DNA of 64,000 bases, from the NCBI GenBank assembly GCA_002269645.1, contig NIVC01001747.1, positions 62,001 through 126,000 of the forward strand. Direction: 5' to 3'. The DNA comes from Macrostomum lignano. Lineage: Eukaryota. A program made the translations under genes and the position numbers. This document shows positions 22,575 through 35,280 of the stretch, in pieces (the first letter of the stretch is position 1; every line of letters starts with the position of its first letter). Below the pieces are notes generated by a model. The model was not told the origin of the DNA and ran no database searches. It saw only the letters and a program-made list of their open reading frames with translations.

Positions 22575-22955
22575 AAAAATACGCGACCCCGCATGCAAGG
22601 TCACAGAGCAGGGCGCGTATGATAGCGCGACGCAGAGCCTGGGAAAGAACGAAGTCCGCTCCGTCGGCAGTGTCGGGCGCCCCAGCGTCGCACAGCAGGC
22701 AGTCCACGTATCAACGGGTTCGGCCTGATCCCGCCTGAACGGACCCTGCAAGGTGAGCAGCAGGACGTCCTGAACAGGTTGGAGGCAGTAGCCCTCGGCC
22801 CGGTTCACGTGGCCTGCCAGTTGAAGTCGCCTCCGGCGCAGGATGATGGACGGGGGCTGCAGCTTGGCCAGCTCAGATCGTACAGGGCCTCGGTCCCGAC
22901 GCTCTCGTCAGCTCGAAAGGCCGCACGGAGCAGCCCTGAGTGCGCCATGTGCATA
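22575..22955 (-). mobile_element. RTE-like non-LTR retrotransposon 3' fragment (5'-truncated, frameshifted)
   Basis: GLLRAAF...ALY / RLQLAGHVNRAEGYCLQPVQ matches the element at 47.1-47.8 kb. Both share the T/G-rich tail CGTATTTT..GTTGTTAT. Confidence 0.75.
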
Positions 22956-23019
22956 AATACCACGCACATACAGAATATAAACTCTTGATCACACAAATGC
23001 ACTCATGACCGCTCACCCA

Positions 23020-23313
23020 GACTCCGCACCAGATAGACGCTGAGTGCCCTCTCGCCTCCGCAGATCTCTTTAGCATCACCTGGGCAGCGAGCTCCGCAGG
23101 CAGAGTTCTCCAGCTTGAAGCTGTTGTTGCCAGGCAGCTCGTTGCCGCAGTAGCAGATGGCGCCAGCCAGCAGGCTCATGTACCTGTAGACAGCGTTGTA
23201 GCAGCACTCGGCGCACAGGCTGAGTCGGAGCCGGTCAAACATGAAGCCGCTCAAGCATCCGGCGCCTGCGGCCCAGCAGCCGAGGTAAGTTTGCAGCGGA
23301 CCTGCATTTGAAC
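23020..23313 (-). CDS. WSC (carbohydrate-binding) domain exon
   Basis: YLGC...CAECC...YRYMSLLAGAICYCGN...CGARCPGDAKEICGGERALSVY fits the WSC cysteine pattern. Acceptor AAATGCAG| near 23313 and donor GTGAGC near 23019. Other exons were not confidently identified. Confidence 0.75.
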
Positions 23314-23929
23314 ATCGGGTTGTGGAAATTCGTATGCAAGTCCCACAGATACGATAATGAGTATAGTATCGATCTTTTATAAAAAAGATTTAATTCCTCT
23401 GAAATTTTTTTATCCCCTAATAGGTTGCTGAAACAGAGCAAACGAAACAGAATCGGATGTTTTTTATGCACCTCTGTGCGCTACTCTGCACTGCGCCTCA
23501 GTGCGGCCTTGCCAATCCCCTTCAAATTTAGAAGGGGAAGCAACGTCGACCAAACAAGGGTGACGCGGACACAAGTAAAATTTTATTTCTGTGGAAAAGG
23601 CGCGGTCACCGAAAAGAAGATTGCTTCCACCGATCAAAGGCTTGTCAATTGTGTAGCAAGACTGGACACCTGAAATTTTTGACGATCTGAAAACGGTGGT
23701 TCTAATTTTGGAAACAAGACAAGATCAATTCAGCAGCAACGTCAAGCGGTAAGCCCAGTGGCGGACTCAATCAGTGGTCTTTAGTCTTCAGTCGAGTTTA
23801 CAAGGACATGCCGCACATCTCAAATATCAAGCCCACAATGAAAAGGTTTGCTGAATATAAGGGAGAGCCAGTGCACGTCTCCGGCGAAGCCATAGTCCAA
23901 CTGGGTGAAAAGAAAGAAAAACCACAGAC

Positions 23930-24160
23930 CTAAAGAAATTTTCGTCGGTGGTCTCTAAGGAGCGCTTTATCGTCTCATTATCGATTGAGCAAGGAACAAA
24001 ACCAATTTTCAAGAGAATGTGAAGGCCGAACTGAACCGAATGGAGGAGGCTGGACGGTTAAGGAAAGTCAAAGCTAGCAAATGGGCTACACTAATTGTGT
24101 GCGTCAACAAGCAATCCGGGAGGATTAGAATCTGTGGGGACAACAAATTTACGCATGGTC
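23930..24160 (+). mobile_element. Ty3/Gypsy reverse transcriptase N-terminal fragment (degenerate)
   Basis: From 24025: AELNRMEEAGRLRKVKASKWATLIVCVNKQSGRIRICGDNK, the canonical Gypsy RT start (S-x-W-A-t-p-i-V-x-V-x-K...R-i-C-G-D), preceded by a KPIF-like segment. Confidence 0.75.
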
Positions 24161-25469
24161 TCCACAAATAGGAAATTAGGAAAGGCAAAACGATTCTCGA
24201 CATTAAACTTGACTAACGCCAAGTCCAGTGCAAAAAGACAGCAGCGCCATGCAGACGTGGAGTAGGTCAAACGTGTTTGATTAAGGAGTCATGGATGTTT
24301 GATCATTATTATATATGGAATTAAGCAAAAACAACTCCGATGAACCGGTTCCTTGATCAAACAAACGTTGGTTCTACGAAGGGCTCCGAGTCACTTCTGT
24401 TTGCACATGACTCATTCTAAATATCGATGATCTAAAAATAGATATGACTCATTAGGACTCATTCTAAAAATAGACTGCGAGTTTCAATTGTTTCTCTTAG
24501 ATGTTACTTTACGTAGTGCATTACGGTAAGACTAACGGTTGTCTACATGGACTATATTAGCTATATAACCTAACCTTTTCTATTTTTATGTTTAAAATGA
24601 GCTACATTTATCAGTAGTAGAAGGACAAAGTTCCCCTTTTTAATAAGTTTTTGTTCTTATAAGTTTTCAAACTTTCTCGCCACAATAGATCAACCCTAGA
24701 ACACGAAACTCGAGGACATTGGTTGAACTATTTGTTGCAAAACGTCTGAAGCAAGCACCTAGTAACCTTTCCTCCAGACCGAACTAGAAATTTGGTTTTG
24801 ATTTGCTAAGAAATTGGAAGTTCAATACTAAATAATATTTTATCACTCCTCTCATATGTAACTTATCGGATTTTGTTTTTGTCTCGCATACTTGCTCTGC
24901 TTACTTTCTCTTGAATACCAAAATAGTATTGTTACTAGCCATTTAGCCCCCCGCTGGGGAGCCTTGAAAATGACACCAATTGGTTTTTATTTTGGCACAA
25001 GAGTAACCTTACTATAATCATCCAAAATTTTTATTTCCAATAATCAAAAATTACCTTTTCTCATTTTGGCAGAAATAAATTGTCATTAATCCGAATTTTA
25101 TTGGCCAAAAAAGTTTCCTTCATCAGCACAAAACCCTTTCTAAATCAGCAAATAGTGCTTATCTTTTCAAGCACAAACTCTTAGTGCATATCGTCACTGG
25201 CCGGGGCATATTCTTATCCGCAGCAGGAGCTCAATATGCAAATCCCTGACGCCCTTAGACCCTCTCTCTATATTAGCCTAAATCAAAGGATCAAACCAGC
25301 GCAAAGGATTAAATGCGCTGGTATTTCCTATTAGCAGAAATCAGCATCACTTGTGTGTACTTTTTCATTATCTGAATTACATCAGCTACTTGAGCCGTAC
25401 TACCTGACTATCTGACAATCGCCCAACAACCTAACACCCCCCAAAAAAATTCAGCCATCGTCCATGAGC

Positions 25470-26210
25470 CTTGACATCTCAGCAATTTCCACAGTAAGCC
25501 TTGAGATCTCAGAAATTATCCCAGTAAGCCTTGAAATCTCAGCATTCCCCCAGTAAGCATTGAAATCTCAGAAATTATCCCAGTAAGTTTTGAGATCTCA
25601 GCAATTCCCCCAGTAAGCCTTGACATCTCAGCAATTCCCCCAGTAAGCCTTGAAATCTCAGCGTTCCCCCAGTAAGCATTGAGATCTCAGAAATTATCCC
25701 AGTAAGTTTTGAGATCTCAGCAATTTCCCAAGTAAGCCTTGACATCTCAGCGATTCCCCCAGTAAGCCTTGACATCTCAGCAATTCCCCCAGTAAGCCTT
25801 GACATCTCAGTAATTCCCCAAGTAAGCCTTGACATCTCAGCAATTCCCCCAGTAAGCCTTGAAATCTCAGCAATACCCCCAGTAAGCCTTGACGTCTGAG
25901 GAATTCCCCCAGTAAGCCTTGAGATCTCAGAAATTATCCCAGTAAGTTTGGAGATCTCAGCAATTCCCCCAGTAAGCCTTGACATCTCAGCAATTCCCCC
26001 AGTAAGCTCTGAGATCTCAGCAATTCCCCCAGTAAGCCTTGACATCTCAGCAATTCCCCCAGTAAGCCTTGAAATCTCAGTAAGCATAGAAATCTTAGCA
26101 ATTCCCAGTAGGACTTGACCTCTCAGCAATTCCCCCATTAAGCCTCGACATTGCAGCAATTCTCCCAACGCAGTAATTAGCCTTGACATCCCAACAACCC
26201 AACTCCCCTC
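25470..26210. repeat. 30-bp satellite (CAGTAAGCCTTGACATCTCAGCAATTCCCC), array 1
   Basis: Period 30 (e.g. 25741, 25771, 25801), decaying into degenerate copies up to ~26900. Confidence 0.9.
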
Positions 26211-28128
26211 TCCCAAGAATTCAGCAATCGCTTTATAAGCCTTGATAACTCAGCTATTCCCCCATGAGTCTTTAATTGATTGTTGACAGCGGTTAATCTA
26301 TGATTGAACCAAAACTGACCCTAAGCCCCCAAACCTACCCATAAGTGAGTCTTGGCATGTTAGCAATTTCCACTATGAGCCTTGAGCCTCAGCATTAAAG
26401 TAACTTCCTCATAAGGTTTGTAATCTGAATTTCACCGAAAGCCTTGACCTGTCAGCAATTTCCCGTAGAGCCAAAGCATTTAAGTAATTCGCCCCAAGAG
26501 CCTTTAATCTTGGCAATTCCTCGATGGGTCATTGATGGTTGTCACGACGATCGCTCTATAATTTAACCAAAACCATAACCCTTAACCTGTAGTCGAATTT
26601 CAGCAATTCCCCAATGAGCTTTGGAAATGTTAGCAATTTCCCCATGAGCCTGAAAATTGAGTGACTAACCATTTGATATCTTGGCACTTGCATTTCAACA
26701 ATTAATTTCAGCAATTTCACAAATGAACCTTGAATTCAAAGCAATTCTCCCCAGAATGACATAATTATAGCAATTCCCCTTTGTCTTGATATCTTATAAA
26801 TCCTTCCATGAGTATTGATATATCACAGCAATTTGCCATACCAGCATTATGCTCGTAGCAATAGTCTTAGCAGTCTTAACAGTCTTAGCAATTCCCAATG
26901 AGACTTTTACCTTCGAAAGGGCACTTTTTTATGATTGATATGATGATTCTTGTTCGCTTTTTCTTGCCTTTGCGTTTTCTTCTCTTTAAAAGAAGTTTGT
27001 ATTAAAAAATACAACATTTCAGTATAGCTTTCTGCAGTTTAGCAATGGTTCACCAGCAGTTTAGCAATGCAGTTTAGCAATGCTTCACCAGCAGTTTAGC
27101 AATGGTTCACCAGCACTGTTTTGCACAATCAGTGAGCAGATGGCCACTAATCTTTGCATATGGCCATATTGCTTCTGCATAATCAAAACCATTTAAAATG
27201 TTTTTGCAACTTGCAGGGTAAATTTAATCTCCTTACATATTTATTATTTTATTATATGCGTCAGATTAGCACTGCTCTCCCCGATTAGCGCTGCTCACCC
27301 AGATTAGCAATACCCTTTGCAAATTAGCACTTACAGCAGATAAGCACTGCTCTTGAAGCTTAGCGTAGCCCCAGCGAAAGTATATATAAAATAAAATGTT
27401 AAAAATTTGCATGAATTCCCATAGGAAACAATGATTATTGTCACAAAGATAAATTCGCTGCTTCAATGTAGACTCGAATTGCCGACCTTCTACTAAAAGC
27501 CTTATACTATTCTAGAAGTTTAGTAACTTCGCACTTTAAAGTTAACCCCCTCCCCCCCAGAAATCGGCAGTTATCCCCACAACAACCTGAAATTAGCTAT
27601 CACTTCTAATCCCGCAAACAGACTGCAGTCATACTCTTGGCAGCCTGCAGGTACTACTGTCTACAACTTTCATTAGCATCGGCAAACTACAATAATTCAC
27701 TCAGCAGTCCGCAGTTACTCGTATCCCCTCAACAACTTGCTCTGCTATACACTCATAAGTCTGGAGGAATACCTCAGCAGTTTTTTTCAATTTTTCCCTT
27801 TGCAGTCTGCATGAATGAGTCTTCTCAGCAATGATTCTTTCAGTATTCTGAAAATTTTCTCAGCATTTAGTAGGGCTCACTAATCAATTTTCGATACATA
27901 TCGGCTATCTTTTGCGCAGCTCAGCATTTAGCAGTTTTTTTACAAATCAAATTTAAAATGCACTGGCTGAAATCAAATCAAATTCAAATTGACAAAATCA
28001 AGTTTGTTTAGCAACTTGTGTTGAATAGCAAAAATCATTCATTGAGTGTGGCTTACTAATTAATAAAAAATGATTCACTTAGTTGAGGCGCTAGGTATAA
28101 ATGAACTAATTTATTTAATTTTAATTAT

Positions 28129-28210
28129 CGGCCGGCGAGGCGGACTCGAACCTTTGACCTTACGCCTAGCCTAAACCTAGTCCTAGTGCCTACACTGCGG
28201 CTATTCCGCC
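28129..28210 (-). ncRNA. tRNA-derived (SINE-head-like) segment; further copies at 32573-32651, 38336-38416, 38941-39023
   Basis: Minus strand GGCGGAATAGCCGCAGTGTAGG (A-box-like)...GGTTCGAGTCC (B-box). Stems are imperfect, so it is not a canonical tRNA. Confidence 0.6.
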
Positions 28211-29699
28211 TACTGATTGGAGGGCGCAAAAATCAGCCATATATGCTTTGATGTTGCGGTCAAATACATAGCAGTGATAGGCTGCTCAGTGTGCACAGGT
28301 TTGGTGCCGGCAGAGCCGTTCAGCCAAGGTCAGAAGAATGTACACACGCAGCCACTGAGCATTATTTTATTTTAAAACTTTTAAAATGCACTGGCTGATT
28401 TCGCTCTCCCTCCAGAGTGCCTGCGCAATGCATGGCACACTGCCTCCAGCTGAAAAGCTCCGAGTCAGTTTACAGCGAGAATATGCAGTACGCAGTTGTG
28501 GCGCAATCATAATTAGAATTGGAATTCAGCCAGTCAATAATTCAACCTTGCTTGGCCTTCTATTAAAAGCATTAGAAACACTCGTTTTTAGAATATTTAA
28601 TACCTTTAACATTGAAGCAGCTACAACATAACTGTCTTATTTCCAGATAATTACTAATCTTTTGGCAAAAACGCGATTAAAATTGGTCAATTGGTTCGAT
28701 CTCTAGAGCGCTACACGAATACACGAATACTAACACAAAGTCTGTTCGAGTGAACATCACACGAAGCAGCTATGACATAATCAAATACGCAGGCAGTCAT
28801 TATCAGTCTAAATTAAAGTTAGCAATATGGTTACGCAATTTCTGTCTTTCAACTTGGCACAGTGTTTTCAAATTGTTGTGATGCAATCTTTATCAGAATC
28901 AGAACTCAGCCAGCCAGTTTTTTCTCTAGCATTCGTATAGTGCACTTCAAGTCGAAAAAGCTGCTTGACCTTTGAAAAAAAGCATGTTTTTCGAATATTT
29001 AATCCCTTTAGCATTGAAGCAGATACAAGAAATTTTAACCGTCTTCTTTCCAAACAATTTAGAATCTTTTGGCGAAAACGCGATAAAAATCGGTGAAGAA
29101 TTGCAATCTCTAGAGCGTTATGGACAAGCAAGCAAGCAAGCATACAAATATTAGAGATTTAGTATATTTAGACTAGCCATTTAGCCCCCCTCTGGGGAGC
29201 CTTGAAAATGACACCAATTGGTTTTTATTTTGGCACAACAGCAACCTTACTATAATTATCCAAAATGTTGATTTTCATTAATCAAAAATTACCTTTTCTC
29301 ACGTTTGAAAAAATAAGTTGCCATGAATCAGAACTTTCATTAGCCAAAGTTTCCTTCATCAGCCCAAAACCCTTTCTCAATCAGCAAATAGTGCTTATCC
29401 GTTCAAGCACAAACTCTTAGTGAATATCGTCACTGGCCGGGGCATATTCTGATCCGCAGCAGGAGCTCAAAATGCAAATCCCTGACGGCCTTAGACCCTC
29501 TCTGTTTATTAGCCTAAATCAAAGGATCAAAACCTTTAATAAATGCGCTGGTATTTCCTATTAGCAGAAATCAGCATCACTTCTGTGTACTTTTTCATTA
29601 TCTGAATTACATGAGCTACTTGAGCCGTACTACCTGACTATCTGACAATCGCCCAATAACCTAGTAACCCCCCCCCCCAAAATTCAGCCATCGTCCATG

Positions 29700-30160
29700 A
29701 GCCTTGACATATCAGCAATTCCCCTGTAAGCCTTGACATCTCAGCAATTCCCCCAGTAAGCCTTGGCATATCAGAAATTCCCCCAGTAAGCCTTGGGATC
29801 TCAGCAATTGCCCCAGTAAGCCTTGACATATCAGCAATTCCCCCAGTAAGCCTTGAAATCTCAGCTTTCCCCCAGTAAGCATTGAAATCTTAGCAATTCC
29901 CAGTAAGACTTGACATCTCAGCATTTCCCCAGTAAGCCTTGACATATCAGCAATTCCCTTAGTAAGCCTTGAGATCTCAGAAATTCCCCCCATAAGCTCT
30001 GAGATCTCAGCAATTGCCCCCGGTAAGCCTTGACATCTCAGCAATTCCCCCAGTAAGCCTTGACATCTCAGCAGTTATCCCATTAAGCCTCGACATCACA
30101 GCAATTAAACTCGAGCCTTGACATCACGCAATTCTACCAGCGCAGTAAGCCTTGACATAC
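29700..30160. repeat. 30-bp satellite, array 2
   Basis: Same unit as 25470-26210. Confidence 0.9.
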
Positions 30161-30984
30161 CAACAACCCAACTCCCTTTTCCCAAGAATTCAGCAATATC
30201 CTTATAAGCCTTGATAACTCAGCAATTTCTTTATGAGCTTTGTCAACAGAGCGATTCCACAATGAACTTTGATTATATCTAAACAAGTCTTTAATTAATG
30301 GTCACCCTAACCCATAAGTGAGTCTTGGCGTGTTGGAAATTTCCACCATAAGCCTTGAGCCTCAGCATTAAAGTAACTTCCTCATAAATAAGCTTTGTAA
30401 TCAGAATTTCACCGAAAGCCTTGACCTGTCAGCAATTCCCCGTAGTAGAGCCAAAGCATTTAAGTTTTCCCCCCAAGAGCATTTAATCTTAGCAACTCCT
30501 CGATGGATCATTAACGATTGTCACGACGATCGCTCTATAATTGAACCAAAACCATAACCCTTGTAGTAGAATTTCAGCAATTCCCCAATGAGCTTTGGAA
30601 ATGTTAGCAATTTCCCCATGAGCCTGAAAATTGAGTGACTAACCTTTTGATATCTTTGAACTTGCATTTCAACAATTAATTTCAGCAATTTCACAAATGA
30701 TACTTGAAATCAAAGCAATTCTCCCCAGAATAACATAATTATAGCAATTCCCCCTGAGCCTTGAGATCTTATAAATTCTACCGTGAGTCTTGATATCACA
30801 GCAATTTCCCATACCAGCATTATGCTCGCAGCAATAGTCTTAGCAGTCTTAACAGTCTAAGCAATTCCCGATGAGACTTTTACGTTCGACAGGGCGCTTC
30901 ATTTATGATTGATATGATGATTCTTGTTCGCTTTTTCTTGCGTTGTGTTTTCTTCTCTTTAAAAGTTTTTATTAAAAAAATTAC

Positions 30985-31675
30985 AATATTTTACCATAGC
31001 TTTCTGCAGTTTAGCAATGGTTTACCAGCATTTCAGCAATGGTTCACCAGCATTTCAGCAATTGTTCACCAGCAGTTTAGCAAAGCTTCACCAGCCTTTC
31101 AGAAATGGTTCACCAGCATTTCAGCAATGGTTCACCAGCAGTTTAGCAATGCTTCACCAGCATTTCAGCAATGGTTCACCAGCAGTTGAGCAATGCTTTA
31201 CCAGCAGTTTAGCAATGCTTCACCAGCATTCAGCAATGGTTCACCAGCATTTCAGCAATTGTTCTGCAGCAGCTTAGCAATGCTTCACCAGCATTTCAGC
31301 AATGGTTTACCAGCATTCAGCAATGCTTTACCAGCATTTCAACAATGGTTCACCAGCAGTTTAGCAATGCTTCACCAGCAGTTTGCATTAGCTATTGTTC
31401 ACCAGCATTTCAGCAATGCTTCACCAGCAGTTTAACAATGCTTCACCAGCAGTTTAGCAATGGTTCACCAGCATTTCAGCAATGGTTCACCAGCATTTCA
31501 ACAATGCTTCACCAGCAGTTTAACAATGCTTCACCAGCAGTTTAGCAATGGTTCACCAGCATTTCAGCAATGGTTCACCAGCATTTCAGCACTGGTTCAC
31601 CAGCAGTTTAGCAATGCTTCACCAGCAGTTTAACAATGCTTCACCAGCAGTTTAGCAATGATTCACCAGCACTGT
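30985..31675. repeat. ~22-bp CAGCA-rich minisatellite (TTCACCAGCAGTTTAGCAATGC / TTCACCAGCATTTCAGCAATGG), ~30 copies
   Basis: Direct inspection. Only about 3-4 copies at the homologous sites 27050-27115 and 36900-36990. Confidence 0.9.
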
Positions 31676-34600
31676 TTTGCACAATCAGTGAGCAGATGGC
31701 CACTAATCTTTGCTTATTGCCATATTGTTTCTGGATAATCGAAACCATATGAAATGCTTTGTCAACTTGCAGGTTAAAGTTGATTTGTAATCCCCTTACA
31801 TATTTATTATTTTATTTTATACATCAGATTAGCACTGCTCTCCCCGATTAGCGCTGCTCTTAAAGCTTAGCGTAGCCCCAGCAAAAGTATCTACAAAATG
31901 AAAATGCTAAAAATTTGCATGAATACTCATAGGAAACAATGATTATTGTCACAAAGATAAATTCGCTGCTTCACTACAGACTCGAGCTTCCGACCTTCTA
32001 CTAAAAGCCTTATACTATTCAAGAGGTTTAGTAACTTCAGCAGTTTGAAGTTAACCCCTCCCCCAGAAATCGGCAGTTATCTCCACAACAACCTGAAATT
32101 AGCTATCACTTCTAATCCCGCAAACAGACTGCAGTCATACTCTTAGCAGCCTGCAAGTATCCACTGTGCATGAATGATAGCTTCGACAATCTGCAGTTCC
32201 CCTCAGCATCTGCAGTTCTCATCTCCAATAATATAAAAATGTGCTCAGCATTTTACGGCTCACTAATCAATTTTCAATTCATATCGGCATTCTTAAAAAG
32301 CTCAAAATTTAGCAATACCTTTAAGCAATTTTAGCAGAATAGTCTGCAGTTTAATAGCAATTTCATACTTTCATGGAGCTAGGCAGTACTCATTGATGGG
32401 ATCAGTAATACACGAAGCAGTTTTTTAAAATCAAATTTGATAAGTGGCTTGTGCCAAGTAGCAAAAATTAATTTGCATTAATAAAAAATGTTGCAATTAA
32501 AATTAATAAAAAATATGTTATATTCAGTCGAGTCACAAGCTACAAATGAATGAATTAATTTGTTTTAATTATCCACCGAGGTGGACTCGAACCTGGGACC
32601 TTACGCCTAGCCTAAACCTAGACCTAGTGCCTACACTGCGGCTATTCCGCCTACTGATGGATGGGCGCAAAAATCAGCCATATATGCTTCGACATTGCAG
32701 TCAAATACATAGCAGTGTTAGGCATGCTCAGTGTGCACAGGTTTGGTTCTGACGGAGCCATTCAGCCAGGGTCAGAAGAATGCACACACAGCCACTGAGC
32801 AGTTAAATGCTTGCGCAATGCTTGGCACACTGCGTCCACCTAAAAAGCTCAGAGTCAGTTTATAGCGAGACTATGCAGAACGCTGTTGTGGCGCAATCAT
32901 TTAGAATGAAAATTCAGCCAGTCAAGAATTCAACCTTGCTTGGCCTTTCATTAAAAGCATTCGAAAAGCTCGTTTTTCGAATATTTAATACCTTAAACAT
33001 TAAAGCACCTACAAGAAATTTTAACTGTCTTCTTTTCAGACAATTTTGAATGTTTTGGCGAAAACGCGATCAAAATTGGTCAAGAATTGCAGTCTGTAGA
33101 GCGTTTTACATGGACATAGATTAGAGTTTTAGAATATGCCCAGCATTCAGAGTAATTTTATTTTTGACCCCTGGTATGGTTGCGCAATTTAAATAAAGTA
33201 ATTATCTGGGCAGTGGGGCTCACTGAGTTTTCTGATCAGTTGGCTCTGGCGCAATCATTAAAATTGGCTGTGAAATTCTCTCGCTGCGAGCAGGTTGATA
33301 AAAAATACATTGAAGTCGCCCATTTAAAACAGTTTTTCGAATATTTAATCCCTTTAGCATTGAAGCAGATACAAGAAATTTTAACTGTCTTCTTTCCAGA
33401 CAATTTTGAATCTTTTGGCGAAAACACGATCAAAATCGGTGAAGAATTGCTCACTCTAGAGCGTTATGGACATTCATTCAAGCATACAAACAAACCTTAG
33501 AGATTTAGTATATTTAGATTAGAAGACTAGCTAATTAGAGCTGGCTGCCAGCAGCCAGAATAATTTTTTTATTGCCCCCCTATAAGTGGAGCGGAGTGAG
33601 TTTTCTTATCAGTTGGCTCTGGCGCAATCAATTAAAATTGGCAGTGAAGTTTCTGGCTGATAAAATTTGCATTGAAAAAGGCCATTTAAAACAGTTTTTC
33701 GAATATTTAATCCCTTTAGCATTGAAGCAGATACAAGAAATTTTAACCATACGATCCCAGGCTGATTACAAATCTTTTGGCGAAAACGCGATCAAAATCG
33801 GTCGAGAATTGCGATCTCTAGAGCGTTATGGACATTCATACAAACAAACCTTAGAGATTTAGTATATTTAGATTAGACTAGCTAATTAGAGCTGGCTGCC
33901 AGCAGCCAGAATAATTTTTTTATTGCCCCCCTTTAAGTGGAGCGGAGTGAGTTTTCTTATCAGTTGGCTCTGGCGCAATCAATTAAAATTGGCAGTGAAG
34001 TATCTGGCTGATAAAATTTGCATTGAAAAAGGCCATTTAAAACAGTTTTTCGAATATTTAATCCCTTTAGCATTGAAGCAGATACGATAAATTTTAACCG
34101 TCTTCTTTCCAGACAATTTTGAATCTTTTGGCGAAAACGCGATCAAAATCGGTGAAGAATTGCAATCTCTAGAGCGTTATGGACATTCATTCAAACATAC
34201 AAACCTTAGAGATTTAGTATATTTAGACTAGCCATTTAGCCCCCCGCTGGGGAGCCCTAAAATGACACCAATTGGTTTTTTTTTCGCACAAGAGTTACCT
34301 TACTATAATTATCCAAAATGTTGATTTCCATTAATCAAAAATTACCTTTTCTCATTTTGGCAAAAATAAATTGCCATGAATCAGAACTTTCATCAGCCAA
34401 AAAAGTTTCCTTCATCAGCCCAAAACCCTTTCTCAATCAGCAAATAGTGCTGATCCTTTCAAGCACAAACTCTTAGTGCATATCGTCGCTGGCCGGGGCA
34501 TATTCTTATCCGCAGCAAATATGCAAATCACTGACGGCCTTAGACCCTCTCTTTTAATTAGCCTAAATCAAAGAATGAAACCTTTAATAAATGCGCTGGT

Positions 34601-34739
34601 ATTTCCTATTAGCAGAAATCAGCATTACTTGTGTGTACTATTTCAATATCTGAACTACATGAGCTACTTCAGCCGTACTACCTGACTATCTGACAATCGC
34701 CCAACAACCTTACACCCCTAACAATTCAGCCATCGTCCA

Positions 34740-35280
34740 TGAGCCTTGTCATCTTAGCAATTCCCCCAGTAAGCATTGTCATCTTAGCAATTCCCCCCAG
34801 TAAGCCTTGAAATCTCAGCAATTCCCCAAGTAAGCCTTGACAAGAATTGCTAAGAATTGCTAAGAATACTTAGCTAACAATTGCTAATACTTGCTAAGAA
34901 TTGCTGAGAAGCCTCGAGATCTCAGCAATTCCCCCAGAAAGAATTCACATCTTAGCAATTGCCGCAGTAAGCCTTGAAATCGCTGCAATTCCCCCAGTAA
35001 GCCTTAACATCTCAGCAATTCCCCCAATAAGCCTTGACAGCTGAGGAATTCCCCCAGTAAGCCTTGAAATCTAAGCATTTCCCCAGTAAGCCTTGAAATC
35101 TCAGCATTCCCCAGAAAGCCTTCACATTTTAGCAATTCCCAGTAAGACTTGACATCTTAGCAATTCCCAGTAAGACTTGACATCTCAGCAGTTCCCCCAT
35201 TAAGCATCGACATCGCAGCAATTAAACTCGAGCCTTGACATCTACGCAGTTCTCTCAGCTGAGTAAGCCTTGACATCCCA
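34740..35280. repeat. 30-bp satellite, array 3 (interrupted by GCTAAGAATT repeats)
   Basis: Same unit as arrays 1 and 2. Confidence 0.85.

Noticed and set aside
28129-28210. Functional tRNA (possible suppressor-like anticodon)
   Set aside because: Acceptor, anticodon and T stems do not pair properly, and it recurs inside a repeat unit. Treated as a tRNA-derived segment.
25575-31545. ORFs with SRLTGGIAEM or HQQFSNASPA repeats
   Set aside because: Translations of the 30-bp and 22-bp satellites.
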